A stretch of 64,000 nucleotides of DNA, taken from assembly GCA_036172245.1 (NCBI GenBank), contig JAYWIR010000006.1, positions 248,001-312,000 on the forward strand, read 5' to 3'. Below are positions 1 to 12,500 of this stretch, piece by piece (the first letter of the stretch is position 1; each line of letters starts with the position of its first letter). Both the position numbers and the translations under genes were made by a program. A model generated the notes under the pieces. The model was not told the DNA's origin, ran no database searches, and was given only the letters and a program-made list of their open reading frames with translations. This DNA comes from Raillietiella orientalis (taxonomy: Eukaryota).

Positions 1-1560
1 GCACTCATTCGACCTGAGAAGTCGCCCAGGTGACTCGTGACGAACGCGCTTTGTGCGCCTCTCTCATACTCCGGGAAAAGAGTGGGCGAGATAGTGGGAG
101 AGCGGAGGGAGGGAAATCTAGAAGCAGGGAGGAACAAGGAGAAGAGGAAGAAATCGGGAGGCAAAAAACCAGAAGGATAAGCAGAGAAGGATGAAAAGGG
201 CGGGGCGAGGTGAGTTCCCGTGACACCACTCTGGGAAGCAGACGAGGAAGGCATTGGTCAGATCGGTAGGTCGCCGACGAGGCTCCTCAGCGACTCCAGG
301 GAAGGGGCAGCCGTTCCCGGGTAGACGAGCGAGACGGAACAGCAGTGGATGCAGGAAGACGAGGAGGGAAGCGTGACGAAAGGGCGGTCTGTGCCTTCCT
401 CGTCTGGGGAACGTGCCCTTAAATGGTTTCCGTCCCGAAACCTCGGCGAAGGGAGATTGTCCCGAGATCGGGGGGAAGGGAAGGAAAGCTCAATGAAGGG
501 AGGAGAGAGAAAAGTCCCGGGAAGCCCTGCTCCCTGGATCAGCCATCGCAACCCGACTCCTCGTCTTCCTCTCATTCTTCTTTCCCCTTTCGCCTCCTCC
601 TCCTCTTCATAAAAGTCTTCCTGAAAACGGGAATTGGGGGAAGAGGAAGAGGATTTGATCCTAGTCCATCTTCTCGCATCTCGGAAAGGAGACCACGGAG
701 GAGATCTGCGGGGAAAGGTCGCGCCTTGGAGATGACTGACCGCCGAGACTGTGGCCGTCTTCGGTCATGCGGGGGTCTACGGAGACGGATCCCTCCCTCG
801 TGAGACGAAGCGTTTCTCGCCGTCCCTAGTGAAGAGGGAGGGACACGAAGGGCGTGCTGATGCGAACTCTTGTTCGCCGCTGACCGGCTGGGGGAAGAGG
901 GGGGGTGAACCTCCTCCGGAGACCCAGGATCTTCTTCCTTGCTCTGCAGGGAAGAGCATGCCCTCCTTCCCCCATTGGCGTTGGGTAGCAGGAGAAGTAA
1001 GGGGGTGATTTTCAGCTGTCGTCGTTAGAGTGTGCTGCTACTCCTTGCATGCCCCCAGGGCAGCTCCTGACGCTTCTCTTAATTCCAGGCGCCTCTGATG
1101 CGGAGGACCAACCCGCAGGACGGAGTCGTCAACGCAGCCTTCCAGGGAGGCAACATCTGAAGCGGGACGCCCTTGCAGAGGAACAAGAGCTCTCTTCCAG
1201 CCCCTCGTTGCCATGGAAACGGTTCTGAGGCGGCCGGTCCCCGCCACCGAAGAAGATCCGGCAGATTCGCCTAATAAAGGAAAAAGGCCACTGGTGCCAC
1301 GGACACCGGTGTCATCTTTTTGTCCACCTACCCCACTCCCTGGGAAGTACTGTCCGGAAGAGATGGCAGGGAGAGAGGCAAAAGGGGAGAGGGGTGAAAG
1401 TTGTTTTCGCCCTTCGGGAGGAAGCAGCAGCTGCGGTGCAGCGGAAAGAGAAGGCAGGGATCCTCCCGTTCCGCCTTTCCTGAAGGGTTTTCTTGCTGTG
1501 ATCGCTTCTTCTCCCTCCCCCCTTTCCCTTTTCCCTACCTCTTCCTCCCCCTCCGGATTC
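1..1560 (-). mobile_element. Degenerate L1-like LINE relic (start of APE endonuclease plus probable ORF1 tail), running off the window edge
   Basis: Minus strand near 15-35 reads HLGDFSG (APE GDFN-like), with other weak APE-like remnants up to ~430. Frameshifted; boundaries approximate. Confidence 0.4.
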
Positions 1561-1611
1561 TTCCCGGCATAGCTGCGGCAACACCCCCTCGCTGCTAGGA
1601 AACGGCTCCCG

Positions 1612-1617
1612 TTTATT
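1612..1617 (-). promoter_or_regulatory. AATAAA polyadenylation signal of the secreted-protein gene
   Basis: + strand tttatt at 1612-1617, about 170 nt past the stop codon at 1789. Confidence 0.7.
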
Positions 1618-1788
1618 GAAATTTCTCCGTGGGTTTCTCCTTCTTTTTTCATTCCCCTTTCTCTCCCTTTTTTTCCTCCCTGCCTCCGGAAAAGGTCGCC
1701 GATCGGGACGCGCATCTCCTGCCACCCTTCGGGAGGGAGAGGGGAGTGGGGGACGGGACGCCGCGTCTCCTGGGGAGCGGGCCGATGC

Positions 1789-3182
1789 TCACGCGTCGAG
1801 AGCCTCCAGCCCGATGCGGAAGAAGGGCTGCTGCTGCTCCCGGTCTGCCAGTGGGAGCAGTGGCGGTGGGACCAAGGGGAACCCGGGAATCTGGAGATCG
1901 AGGGGCTCCTGCTTGACCACCACGATGACCGCATCCTCCTTGCCTGCGGCGGCCGCACGCTTCTGCGGCGCCTGTGGGTTGGAGGGCTTGCGGAACGCGG
2001 GAGCGGAGGTCGTCTCCAGGAAGCGGATGACGTCACCAACGTAGCCCGGCTGGCGGAGTTGGTCCAGCGCGAAGGCCTCGGGGGGAAGGTCGGCGCCCTT
2101 CTTGTAGAGGGGGAGCAGGCGCGGGCGCGGCTCGCTGCCGGCGGCGGCCGGGGACCTGGGCAGGGAGGTCATGCGCAGGGGGACGGCCCCCTGGGGCACA
2201 CGGAAGGGCAGCAGCGGGTATGCAGGCCTCTTTCTCTCGACGACGAGGACGGCAGCGGCGGGAAATCCGGTCTTCTGCGGAGGCGGCCCCTGGACCCCAC
2301 CCAGAGTGACTACCCCGGCGTCCTCGAAGGGAGGGGGCGGAAGGAGGACGTCGCCGTCCCTGCTCCGACTCGCCGCCACCCTGTAGGTCAGGTCGGGCTC
2401 GGGTTCGACCATGACCACCTTACGGAAGGGCTGCGGGTATGAGAAGGGCTCCCCACGAGGGGCGTCCTTGTAGCTGGGCACCGAGTACTGCGACCTGCGG
2501 GACGGCATTGCTATCATCTCGATGGAGACGGGGTGCGCTGCCTCCTCGCTCTGTGGCTCGACGGACGGCTTGAAGAGCGGGGTGGAGGGCGCCATCTCCC
2601 TGGGACGAAGTCCCCCAGCCAGCATCTCCAGCACCTTGGTCAGCACGTGCATCGGAGGAATCTCGTCTTCCGCATCCTCGTCCACGGGGAGCTTCCGGTC
2701 CTCGCGACCCCACGGTAGGGCAGCTCGGTCGGCGGGACGGGCCACCCCACGAAGCTTGAAAGGGGTGGGCGCGACCGGAGGGCTCCTGGACGGAGGGGTC
2801 AGAACCTCCTGGTCCTGCAGGAGGATGCTGTAGAGGGGCACGGAGTAGGAGTCCGGCGTGGGAGGAGCGAACTCTCTGCGGAACAAGGGGGCCACAGGGG
2901 GCCCGAAGGAGGCCTTGGGGAATTCCCGCAGCTTCCGCATCTCCATCTCGGCTCGGTACTTCTCGTAGAGCTTCTTCTTGGCGACCCGGCGCGCCTTCGC
3001 GACGGGGGCCAGGGAAGGAGGGGAGGGAGGCCCCTTGGGGCCCAAGGCGGGGGATCGGGAGTCGGTCGCCGCCGCGTCCGCGAGCGCGATGACCACCGTG
3101 CCTCCTCCCTGGTCCTCTTCGGCCACCAGGTCGCTGTCTCGCGAGATGACCTTCATGTCACCGGCACCGCGGCCCAGGACGC
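1789..3182 (-). CDS. Exon 3 (terminal coding exon), Pro-rich low-complexity mature region
   Basis: Longest ORF in the window (455 aa from the internal Met), GC-rich codons, preceded by a TTTTGCAG acceptor. Confidence 0.85.
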
Positions 3183-3759
3183 CTGCAAAACGGGATTGTT
3201 GAGGAGGAAGGGGAGGGAATAGGGCTAGGTGAGGAGGACTCGTCGCTCTTGGCGACGGGACTTACCTGGGAAATCCAACGGCGAAGCCGCTTGGCAGGCG
3301 AGGACATGGGCGAGGAGGAACAGCACCGTTCGCCTCTGGAAGGCAGACGTGAAAATGGAGGACAGTTGCGGAGGGGGGACTCGAGGTCCGCTTCCACCCC
3401 AAAAAGTGACCTCGTCTCCCTCCCCCCCCACTTCCTTCTCGCGTCCCTTGCCCGCCCTTCCTCTCCCTTCTGGAAACGGCCACCGGTCGGGAAGAATCCG
3501 AGACACCACCTCCCTCCATCGCCCAATTTTCCTTCTTTTTTCCCCTCTTTTCCTTCTTTTTTCTCCCCTTTTCCCTCTTGCGGCCAAGCGCCGCCAAGGC
3601 GACGGGACCTTCCAATTCTTCTGGTCACCTTGGACTCCCCTTGTCATTCCCGCCACCGCTGACATGAGCGCGCGTCCTTCCCCCTTGCCCCTCCCCCCTT
3701 CGCCCTTCCCAGCTAGCAAGGACGGAGGCAGCGGCAGAAGACAGTCAAGCACTCACCAT
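1789..3759 (-). CDS. Three-exon gene, join(3757..3759, 3266..3335, 1789..3182): predicted 488-aa secreted proline-rich protein, unknown family
   Basis: ATG|GTGAGT donor at 3756, CCTTCCAG acceptor at 3336, CAG|GTAAGT donor at 3265, TTTTGCAG acceptor at 3183. Phases (0, then 1) join in frame to MRRTVLFLLAHVLACQAASPLDFPGVLGRGAGD followed by the 455-aa ORF. The N-terminus looks like a signal peptide and AATAAA lies downstream. Confidence 0.8.
3183..3265 (-). other. Intron 2 (83 bp, GT-AG, phase 1)
   Basis: GTAAGT start, pyrimidine-rich interior, TTTTGCAG end. Confidence 0.8.
3266..3335 (-). CDS. Exon 2, signal-peptide exon (RRTVLFLLAHVLACQAASPLDFP-G)
   Basis: 70 bp between a canonical acceptor and donor; basic n-region, hydrophobic core, small-residue cleavage region. 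Confidence 0.78.
3336..3756 (-). other. Intron 1 (421 bp, GT-AG, phase 0)
   Basis: GTGAGT immediately after the ATG; ends CCATTTTCACGTCTGCCTTCCAG. Confidence 0.7.
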
Positions 3760-3845
3760 GTCTGCAGCTTCTTTTTCGTCCTCTTTTTCTTTCTCTTCTT
3801 CTGCTGCTGGTGCGGGCGTGAGCGGCTTCTCCGACGGCCCGACCG

Positions 3846-3885
3846 AAAGTGCAGCCGTCCGAGTCTTCCCCTCTCGTTTTAATTC
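3846..3885 (-). promoter_or_regulatory. Candidate core promoter (TATA-like ATTAAAA at 3883-3877, Inr-like GCACTTT near 3850)
   Basis: An A/T-rich box in a very GC-rich stretch, ~30 nt upstream of an Inr-like element and ~90 nt before the ATG. Confidence 0.4.
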
Positions 3886-4070
3886 CCCAACTTGGTCAAC
3901 AAACTGCGTCAAGGCCGTCGCCCACCGTCGCCAGCCGCCGCCGCCGCCGTCGCCGGCGGAAGAGCATCCTCCGGGCGGTGCGATCCCGCCACGGGGCGTG
4001 GACCGTGGCGTTTCGTCGCTCCTCTTTCTTGCCCCTCTCTCTCCCGAGTGAAAGTCGCCGCTCGCTCTTC

Positions 4071-4094
4071 TGCGCGCGCGCACGCGCACGCGCG
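4071..4094. repeat. Alternating purine-pyrimidine tract TGCGCGCGCGCACGCGCACGCGCG (Z-DNA-prone)
   Basis: 24 nt of strict alternation read directly. Confidence 0.75.
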
Positions 4095-4299
4095 GAGCGG
4101 GCGAGGTCAGCCTGTGCCACCGGCGGCGTTCCGCGGAGGACCACCGCCTCTTCTCCCCCTCCGTGTCGCACAGCCCGCAGGGGAGGCCGCGCATGACGCA
4201 CCACTCGCAGGAGCCGCCGCAGGGCTAACGGCGAAAGCAGCGAGGGGGCAGGCAGGGGACGAGGGATGGGACGGACGAAGGGGGGTGGGTCTCTCACTC

Positions 4300-7200
4300 C
4301 TCACCTGCTTCCTCTCTTACCGAAGCCCTACGGGGAACGCACTTGTCAGGAGGAGGAGACGCTTCCCCTGGAAACGGGGAGTAGACAGCGGAGCGCGAAG
4401 GCAGGCGGTCGCTCCGGATATGTTTTGTCCAGCCTTCCTGCGTGTGACCCCGGCAGCAGCTGCTCCTCCTTAGACCCGGCACCTCTGGGACTCCGGGAGG
4501 CGCCCTGGGATCCTCTCAGCCCTCGACGAGGATCTCCAATCCCCACTTCCTTCCCAGGGAAGACGTGGAGGGAAAGATGGCGGCGACATCTTGGAGCTCT
4601 CTCCACCAGCGCGGGATCAGCTTCCATCATTTGTGCGCACCTGGGGGACCGGGAAGGGAGACTCCACCAGTCTGTCCGCTGTTCTCCCGCGGGGAAGGCG
4701 AGAAAGGTGGATTGGACTCTCCATCCCAGGCGGCTGGCAGGCGTCGCCCTAGGGATGTTGAGACATCGCGCCGTGGGCAGATGCGCGACCCGTGCCCCCG
4801 CGGAGAAGCGGATCGCATCCTGCCGCGCTTTCCAGCCTCCTGAGGATCCGCCGCGTCTCGTCCAAGGACGAGGGAGGGGGGTCTGCGGACAAGAAGCGGC
4901 TCCGGCTCGTCCGGCAGAGGGCTTCGCGAAGATGCTCGTCCCGGTTCGGAAGGGCTCCGGAGGGCACAGAGGTCTGAACCTCTGGTGGGGAAAACTTCCC
5001 TTTTCAAGGAGATGGGGATGGAGGAAGCGAAGGCTGCCACGGAGAGAGGGAGCGACAGGAGGAGACCCTAGACCGGGTGGAGAGTGGACCTCCACGGTCC
5101 CGGTCAGGCCCCCTGAAGCGTCTAGCCTGAAGAGGTGGCGTTTAGTGGCTCAGCGCGAAGCACACGAGGGCACAGACGTGATGGCAAGGAAAGCTGGCAA
5201 CACTGCATTTCTGTGTGCCGTACGCAACTGTACGGAACGTACGCGCGCTCACGCGTCTTCGCGCAGGTCGGGCATTTCGGCATGGCACTATGCGCTGCCA
5301 CGATCTTCCGTGGATTGGGCGACATGAGGACTCACAGGGTGCGCGAGTGCTGTTGACGGATAGGGGGGCCATGGAAGCACAGAAAGGAGAAGGATGAGGG
5401 GACAGAAGGATGGCTGGTTGGTTCGTTGAATAGGTTGCAGGTGGACTGATGGATAGGAAAGGCTGCTGGCAGTCACCCTCAGAGAGGCGGTCCTCAAAGG
5501 TGTGGTGAAATCGAAGGATTGCAGAGGGAGTCCAGGGTCACTCCTACAGTTACTTCTTGCCCCGCAGTTTCCCTGCTGCTGCTCGGTTCCTGGGTTTCCA
5601 TCCCACGAGTTTTCCTAACACACGCGGCGTCGCTTTCGATTTGCACCTAGGCTCACCTAAGAGGCCGAATCGGGGAACGAATCTTTCTGCCCTGAGCTCT
5701 GCAAAATGCGGTTGCGGCTGCTGAGGAAAACGGGGCAAAGGGGCTGTGAAGAAGGAACGAGGGCTCAGGGAGCAGACTGCGTGTTTCAGCTTCATTTCAA
5801 CCTTTCTTGTCCTCCTCATTTGGAAGGCTGTTCCAGAGTGATGTGGGCAAGGAGGCCCTTTCAATTTTCGTTTCCTAGAAACAGATGTCCCCTTGGCTGC
5901 TCACTTATCCCATGAAAGATCAGATTGGAGATTCCTTTTCTCCTTCTCCTCCTCCTTTCCTCTTCCTTCTTTTCTCCTTCTCCTCCTTCTCCTTTCCTCT
6001 TCCTTCTTTTCTCCTTCTCCTCCTTCTCCTTTCCTCTTCCTTCTTTTCTCCTTCTCCCCTCTTCATTCGCGCTTGCAACCGCTTTTGCTTCGACGGACAG
6101 TCGTAGGTCAATTGGTCGCATGTATTGGATATTTCTCGAGGTAGTGCATTCCAGATGAATTCCCAGGCATTCTTGTCCACCTCTCCATCTCGGGAAAGTG
6201 CTGCTTCCCATTGGGGGGCATCTCCGACCCTTGAAGTCACTGTTCCCAACCCCCCCATCCTCCGAGGCGAATTGTCGTCTGTCAGAGGGCAGGCGTTCTC
6301 CCTCTTTTTTGCAGAGAGGTCCAAGGAATTTTGTGATACAGACGAGGGCCAATCATCGAGCGTTCCGACGTTTCGACACTCTAGTGAGGAATAGCCGGTT
6401 ACATTACGGATGGGGCAGTTGGGCAGCATGCCGAATGCCACTCTAGAAGAGCAAACGACGATGGATAGGCAGGACCTCCACGTGCGAGCTCCGAAGCTGG
6501 AAGGACGAAGATTCAGAGAGGAACTCTGGAGCTGCGACACTTAGGAGACGGAGATTTCGTCCCAGGAAGCTGTGGCGCCTGTAGAATGTGATGATCTCAC
6601 TGTGGGACTCTGAGCTCTCGTACTGCTCTCTCTTGGAAAGGTCTTCGTCTCGAACCGAAGCAGACCTTCCCCTGATCTCCTAGGGTCACCAGGACCCTAC
6701 TATCTTCTCGAGATGCACGAGCTGTCTCCGGGAGAGGACTCGAGAAGACCTCTCATGGAGCCAGCCAGATTGAATGAAACAGGATCACCAGCGCCAGGAA
6801 GGGACTCGATGCTTGAAAGTTTCAACCTCCTGTGCAGGACTCGAAAATCCATCACGATGGCGCAGAAGCGTCTTTTAAGGCTCTGAGGCGGAGGGAAAGA
6901 AATCGCAGAATGTCCCTGAAAGGAGCACGTGTTCCTATCTCCGGGGGATGGAATGGAGTATGCCATGGGAGTCCCAGAAGCGTTAGAAAGCGGGAACCTG
7001 AAGACGAAGGAGGGGAGGGGCAAAACGAGTCCGAGACCCCCGAGGTCGGCTGCTGCTACCCATGTCTTTTCCTTTCACCCAGCCTAATCCCATTGGTCTT
7101 ACAGTGACCGAGAGCATTTTCGGTATACTCTGCGGAGACCAGGAGGCAGTGGGCCTCGAGAGGAACGCGGAAACAATTGGCTCTTCCTCAAGGGTAAAAT

Positions 7201-9500
7201 TGATTTCTCTTCCGGGTTCGCCGCTGACATGAGGGGGAAAAAAATCACCACCACTTCGAGGTTAAGGACGCTCGACTGCATCTTTCTCCGGCGTGCCGCC
7301 TTAGAACGAGCTCTTGCAAGCCTCATGGCGGAGGCATCCCTCGGAGCCCTCCGCCATCCGCAAAAAGTGGTCGGGCGCGCTTCCATTCCCCGTTTTCGCT
7401 ACGAAGATTTTTGAGCTCCGGTTGGCAGAATCTCCGGTTCTCTCTCTGCGTCAGAGATCGTTTCCTCGGGATCGTGCGAGAGCACAGTTTTCGCAGACGA
7501 AGACACGGGTGTGGATGAACTGCGAATAGCAAGGCCACCGTCCAGGAGGGCTGCCGTCCAGCGGACAGACTCTCTTGCGCGTCAGAAGGGAGCGAAACCC
7601 TCCGCAGAAATGATGGAGCCTGCTCCCGACCGAGGCTCAGGGGGATCCGGAAAGCGGTTTCCGTGCTGACGCGCGCTGCGACAACTCGAAGGACTCGCCG
7701 AAGTATCTGGAACTGGCTGAACCCATCCCCATTCCATTAGGAGACTCGGCGAGGGCCTGTCACCTGAGAATCCCCCACGTTCTTGAATTTTTTTCGTTGG
7801 TGCTCGCTCTATGACTGCTCGTTTGGAACAGCAGGAGACTTTTGGGGGCATCCAGAACTCGGTTCGCTGGCGACCTTTTCCCCTATTTTCCGAGTTCTGG
7901 CTCGAGGTCTGGCAGCAGCGACTCGAGCTGGAAGACAAACCAGGACGAGCACCAGAGTGCTTCCCACTGGAGCTCGGAACGTCCCAAGAGACCATCAGAC
8001 GGCGAATTTCTGGCTTTGCGCGGAGTCTGTGTTACAATTCTCGTCGCAATGCAGGTGCCACCGCGTCTCCCGCACCAGCACCACCTCCTGTCTGCGCAGG
8101 CCACGCCTGCTGAGTGCAGCGTGCGCCGTCCCGAGTGGATCGACGAAAAGCCCTGATCTGCCACCCCCTATGAAATCCGCCACGCATCTTGCACCCCGCT
8201 GGTCCTTCCGAGTGCCCCTTTGAGCCAAGGGCTCCCGAATTCCTCAACCTACGGATCCTCCGCAGGACCATGCGGAGCATAGACAGCAGAACTACGGTGG
8301 TCGCAATAACGTGACTAGAGTGTCCCCGGCTGCTCCCCTTCTCCGGCATCAGGCGGTCAGGGGGGCCTCCGAAATAGGGGCGTCTCTGCTCCTCTGGAGC
8401 GGAAATTTCCCAGGGTAGAAGTCCAGCCCCCTGAAGAGCAGAAGTCCCCACGCTCCACTGCAGCAGGGAGGAGAATGAAGAGCTTCCGGAAGTTTTCTCG
8501 GCTGCGAGTTCCTCCGGCGTCCCTTCCCGTTCCGCAGAGAGGAATCGAGATCTTTTCCGACTATCCGTTTCGCGGATGGGAAGGGCTGCGAGCTGTTGAA
8601 CGCTCGCAACCGTCAGGAGGTGACAGTGCCTTATATACCTGAGCAATGGCATTGTTGGAGAGAATGCGCGTGGCGCGGAGTCCCAGTGCATCGAGCTGGA
8701 AGGCTGCGGGCTCAAACCTCTCCAATCGCGTCCTCCGCTCTTGCACTTCAGAAGAAAATCTCTTTGCCAGAGAAGAGGAAGCTGAGGAAAAAAAATTACG
8801 CCTTTGAGTGTCCGCAATCTCCAAAATCCCTGAATCATTCCAAGAGATGCTTTACACGGTTACTTTGTCCCGAGAGCAGATGCTGAAATTAAGCAGCACA
8901 CCAAGGTCCATCCACAGGGATTTACTCCTCTCTGGACGAGGCCAGAAGGCCATGTTGCTGCCGTTTCCCTGTCTTCCCCTTCCCTTCCATTGCATGGGTT
9001 GCAGTCCGCATTCCCAGAAGAGCTCTCCCGGTCCCTCTGATGCCTTAACTCCACGTCTTCCCTGCTCTGCTCTCATACCGTGGTAATCGGGGGATTCTAT
9101 CCTTGCCTCTTGCGTTCTCTCCGGAAAGCACCCTATCCTCCAGAATCACTTGGAGAGAGCTGCATTACCACCTCCCGGTGGCGCTCCCTGTCCACCTCGA
9201 GATCTTCTCAGCCTACTACCCTCATCCTATAGCTGGAGGCGGATAATCTTTGAGATGAGGGACTTGAGGCTCTCGAATAGAAGGTGAGTGCGGAAAACGC
9301 GCGCGGATTGAAAGTGTCGGCCAACTGGGAATCGGCGGTATCCTCAGGTGCTTCTGAAGGATCTCCTGGAGTCGAGGTGAAGAAGCAGCCAATCAAAAAA
9401 GAAAAAACAGAAGTGAGATCTTGGAGAGAGAGGGTGCGGAGCCGCCCCATCGCGGGAACGGGAGTTTTTCTCCCCTGCCGCTGGCTGGACTAGCCGAAGG
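4300..9500 (-). mobile_element. Degenerate long L1-like LINE (ORF1 ~7600-8850, APE ~6550-7300, RT ~4600-5550)
   Basis: Remnants in the expected order: ORF1-like GFWRLRTLKGVIFFPQL, AIVMDFRVL (GDFN-like), DHHIL (SDH-like), WTPSAIL (WRPISL-like), ARTFRTV (KAFDRV-like), GLGSPPVAPSL (QG.PLSP-like). Confidence 0.6.
5936..6057. repeat. 37-bp polypyrimidine minisatellite, ~3.4 copies
   Basis: Unit TTTTCTCCTTCTCCTCCTTCTCCTTTCCTCTTCCTTC is exact at 5970-6006 and 6007-6043; the first copy has a 3-bp deletion and the fourth is partial. Confidence 0.95.
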
Positions 9501-12500
9501 CGTGTGCTGCCCAAACTCACGGTAGCACGGGAGAAAGTGCACAGTCCTCCACCACGCTCCTAACTCTGCTTTGAGGATCATTCAGCACTGAAGAAGAGAC
9601 GGCTGCGTCTTCCTCCGTCTCCTCCCAGCTAGCCTGAATTTTCCCCCTGGCTGAGTGAGTGCCGGGCCGGGAGGGTGGGTTCCTCGGGATTGGAGCTCGG
9701 CCCTGCACCTTCTCCCGGGAAAGGATTTCCGCTTCCCTCGCCCTCCAGCAGTAGCTGATTCCCAATTCGTTCTTTCTTCGATACCGCTCTCCCGTTGCGG
9801 AAGCGATGGGCGTCTGCCTACCATCACAAGGCCTCCTAGCAGCGGAGCTCCACCTTTGCGCTCCTATCGCGAGCATCTTCCTTCAAGACACAGCAAGACT
9901 CTTGAGCGGATGATAAGATGATCTTCCGCATTGCTGCCCATCTCCCCGAGCAAATCCTCCCCCCTCGCAGTCATTCCGAATTTCTGCTGGGATGCTGATG
10001 CCTTCTACGGGAGGACTCAGAAGGTGATAGAGATTCCTAGATCTCCGTTCGGTGTTAGTGAACTCGGATGCAAGACTTGGAGTGGGGACGGGGAAAGGAA
10101 ACGAGTAGGAGAAAGGCAGGGAGGATGCGTCTGTTCTCTAAACCTCAGGTGCTTGAAAGACAGACGACATCTTCCAGGTGTCGGACTGCATCTTTAAGAC
10201 CACTCTGAAATTCCTCGAACGCTCGACCGTCAAGGAGGCTTGAAGTGCGGTGAAGACGAAAAATATCGGGAACGGTTGGTACTCGGTTGATAGGAGAGGA
10301 TGAAAGAGAGGTGCCCTAAGGAAGCGCGGAGAGCGATCCAAGCCACCCCTTTGCTGAGCGTCACCGCCTTAGGCCGGTGAGTGTGCAGCTGTCTGTCTCA
10401 GCCAGCGGCCACATTGTCCTCACCGCGTCTCGGAGACTCTAGCACCGTTCGCGTGAGCCGCTGCTGCTGTTGGCGATGCTTCGTCTTCTTGGCATCTGAC
10501 ATCACAGACTCGAACAGAAAAAGCGATTGCCTGGTTGCAGAATCCGAGGAATTCTTCGGGCGCAGCCACAAGAGTCGAAGTCGCCTTGGGCTTTTGCCTA
10601 TCACTTGTCGCTTATCTAAATAGCTTTTTTCCGGAGGGGGAGGGGAGAAAAAGCAAGAGAGAAAGAAAGTGCCGTGATGTTTGGGAGCACCACGGCATTC
10701 AAAGGATCTGAGACTGCGAGCTCCGTTGCCATCACAAAGGCTTCCCAGTGCTCCTCACGGCTTAGTTTTTTTTTTTTTTGCTCGCTTCTCGATGCTCAGA
10801 CTCGCCCCAGATGTGAGTGACGCCATCTGGCGAGCGACGCCAGCCAATCGGAGTGACCTTCAAATTGAAATCTCCACGCAGACAAAGGCATTCTTCGAGT
10901 AGACGACTCTTTGCCTCAGAAGGTGGGTAGAGATTGCTTCCTCTCTTCACTCTGAGATCAGCTCTCCAAGACCTGCTTTCCTCTCACATCGATCACCACG
11001 ACGAGGGAAGGCATGAGTTGCCCATGAAAGCCTGGAGAAGGCGTGCTCCATCGGGATCAGGAGCTTATCCCTTTCAGAATGATGCCTTGAGAAGAGGAAA
11101 GGCACCGGAGTTTCATGATGACGTGAGCTGCATCCTGTCGGTTGAGACTGGCTATTTGATGGGAGGAAGGGTGGAATGAACGTACCAACGTATCAAGACC
11201 ACGCCATCTTCGCCCTCCAGGAAGAAACTTGAAGCAGCAGTTGGTATCCTTCACTGTCAGACGTATCCAGAAACCGTTCCTCTACCTATGGCTTTTCTTT
11301 TTTGTTCTTCCTGTTTAGGCTCACCTAAACGCACTACACGCATTTCTGTCTGAAGTGTGGCCTCCTGGACCGGTCGACAGAGAGAAGATGCGTTTTTCCA
11401 CGCCCGGGATTATGGCTGCCGCAGCCACAGTGGATAGGGGAAAGAAGGAAGAAAGGGAAGGAATAAAAAAGCCCCCACCCGGAGGAAGAAAACTGTCCTC
11501 CTCAGCGACGATCCTCCGGTCGGCGAAGAGGATTGCTACCCAAACAGAGGCGATCTCGGAGGATCGGATTTGGCGCCTCCTGGTAAGCCCGTGCCTTTGG
11601 GAGAACGGGATCCTCAACCATATGGAAAGGTGGAAGAGAGGCTGCTCCTCTTGCAGAACGCCTGAGGAAAATCCTGTAGGGTGGTCTTGCATTCCACCCG
11701 TTGGCCTACCTGATTTCTCGCAGGAGGAGAGCGGAGGAACCGGTCTGCACGGCGCTTTCGGAGCAGGGCGTCGCTACCAAGACTTCACATTGAGGTTCGC
11801 TTGTGAGGCGACCGGCCGAGCTCCGCTCCTCTTCCGACGCTGCTAGCATCTTCCTGATAGAGGAAATTCGAGGAATCTTCGAGAAAGTCCTCCCAGTTGT
11901 CCTCATCTTTCTGTCTCTGTCCCTTTCCTCCTCCTCCCGATCTTCCTCTTGTTGTGGTCGGTATGGCAGGTGTGCCTCTCTCGTCCGTGCATTTCCAGTA
12001 GGCGATTCTGCACAAAGCTCTTCGTCTGGTCATTTTCTCCGAGGTGCTGCGGCAGTTGCCCATTTTGGAACACTTTACTTGCGATATGATGTTTGCTCCG
12101 TGTGAAGCGCAATTGGCAACCATTTTTTCTTCAACATCCTCAGGTCATCCTCATATTTTGTCTTCCGTGGACTGGACCACGAAGGGCCACAGGGAAACAA
12201 AGTGGCCAAGGAGTCTTGTGTCTGACACTCCCATGAAAGGAGCAGGCTTGCTCAAGACGATCTACTGGTGACCGCAGAACCGAACAGTACCTCTGGGCCA
12301 CTATTCTTTGAAGCTGCCCCTTACAGGCATCCGGCCTTTCGTTTCGGCCAGTCATCTCTTCCACGAAACTGCTGTGGGATGATTTTCGAGGCTCTTTCCC
12401 TCATTCGCCCCCTACCCCTAGCTAGAGTCCCTACCTGGGTTACCCTCTGGGCAAGAGAGCTGTAGAGCGCGTCGGGAGTGCCCGTGAGAATTATGTTTGC

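Noticed and set aside
1038..2039. 333-aa minus-strand ORF and other ORFs overlapping the gene
   Set aside because: Alternative-frame artefacts of GC-rich, low-complexity DNA; this one runs through the 3' UTR and poly(A) signal.
3745..4194. 149-aa ORF in frame with the exon-1 ATG (would add an N-terminal extension)
   Set aside because: Arg/Gly low-complexity translation spanning the candidate promoter and Z-tract; the ATG at 3759 gives a clean signal peptide. Not fully excluded without TSS data.
4266..5327. 353-aa plus-strand ORF
   Set aside because: Antisense to RT remnants; no recognisable domain.
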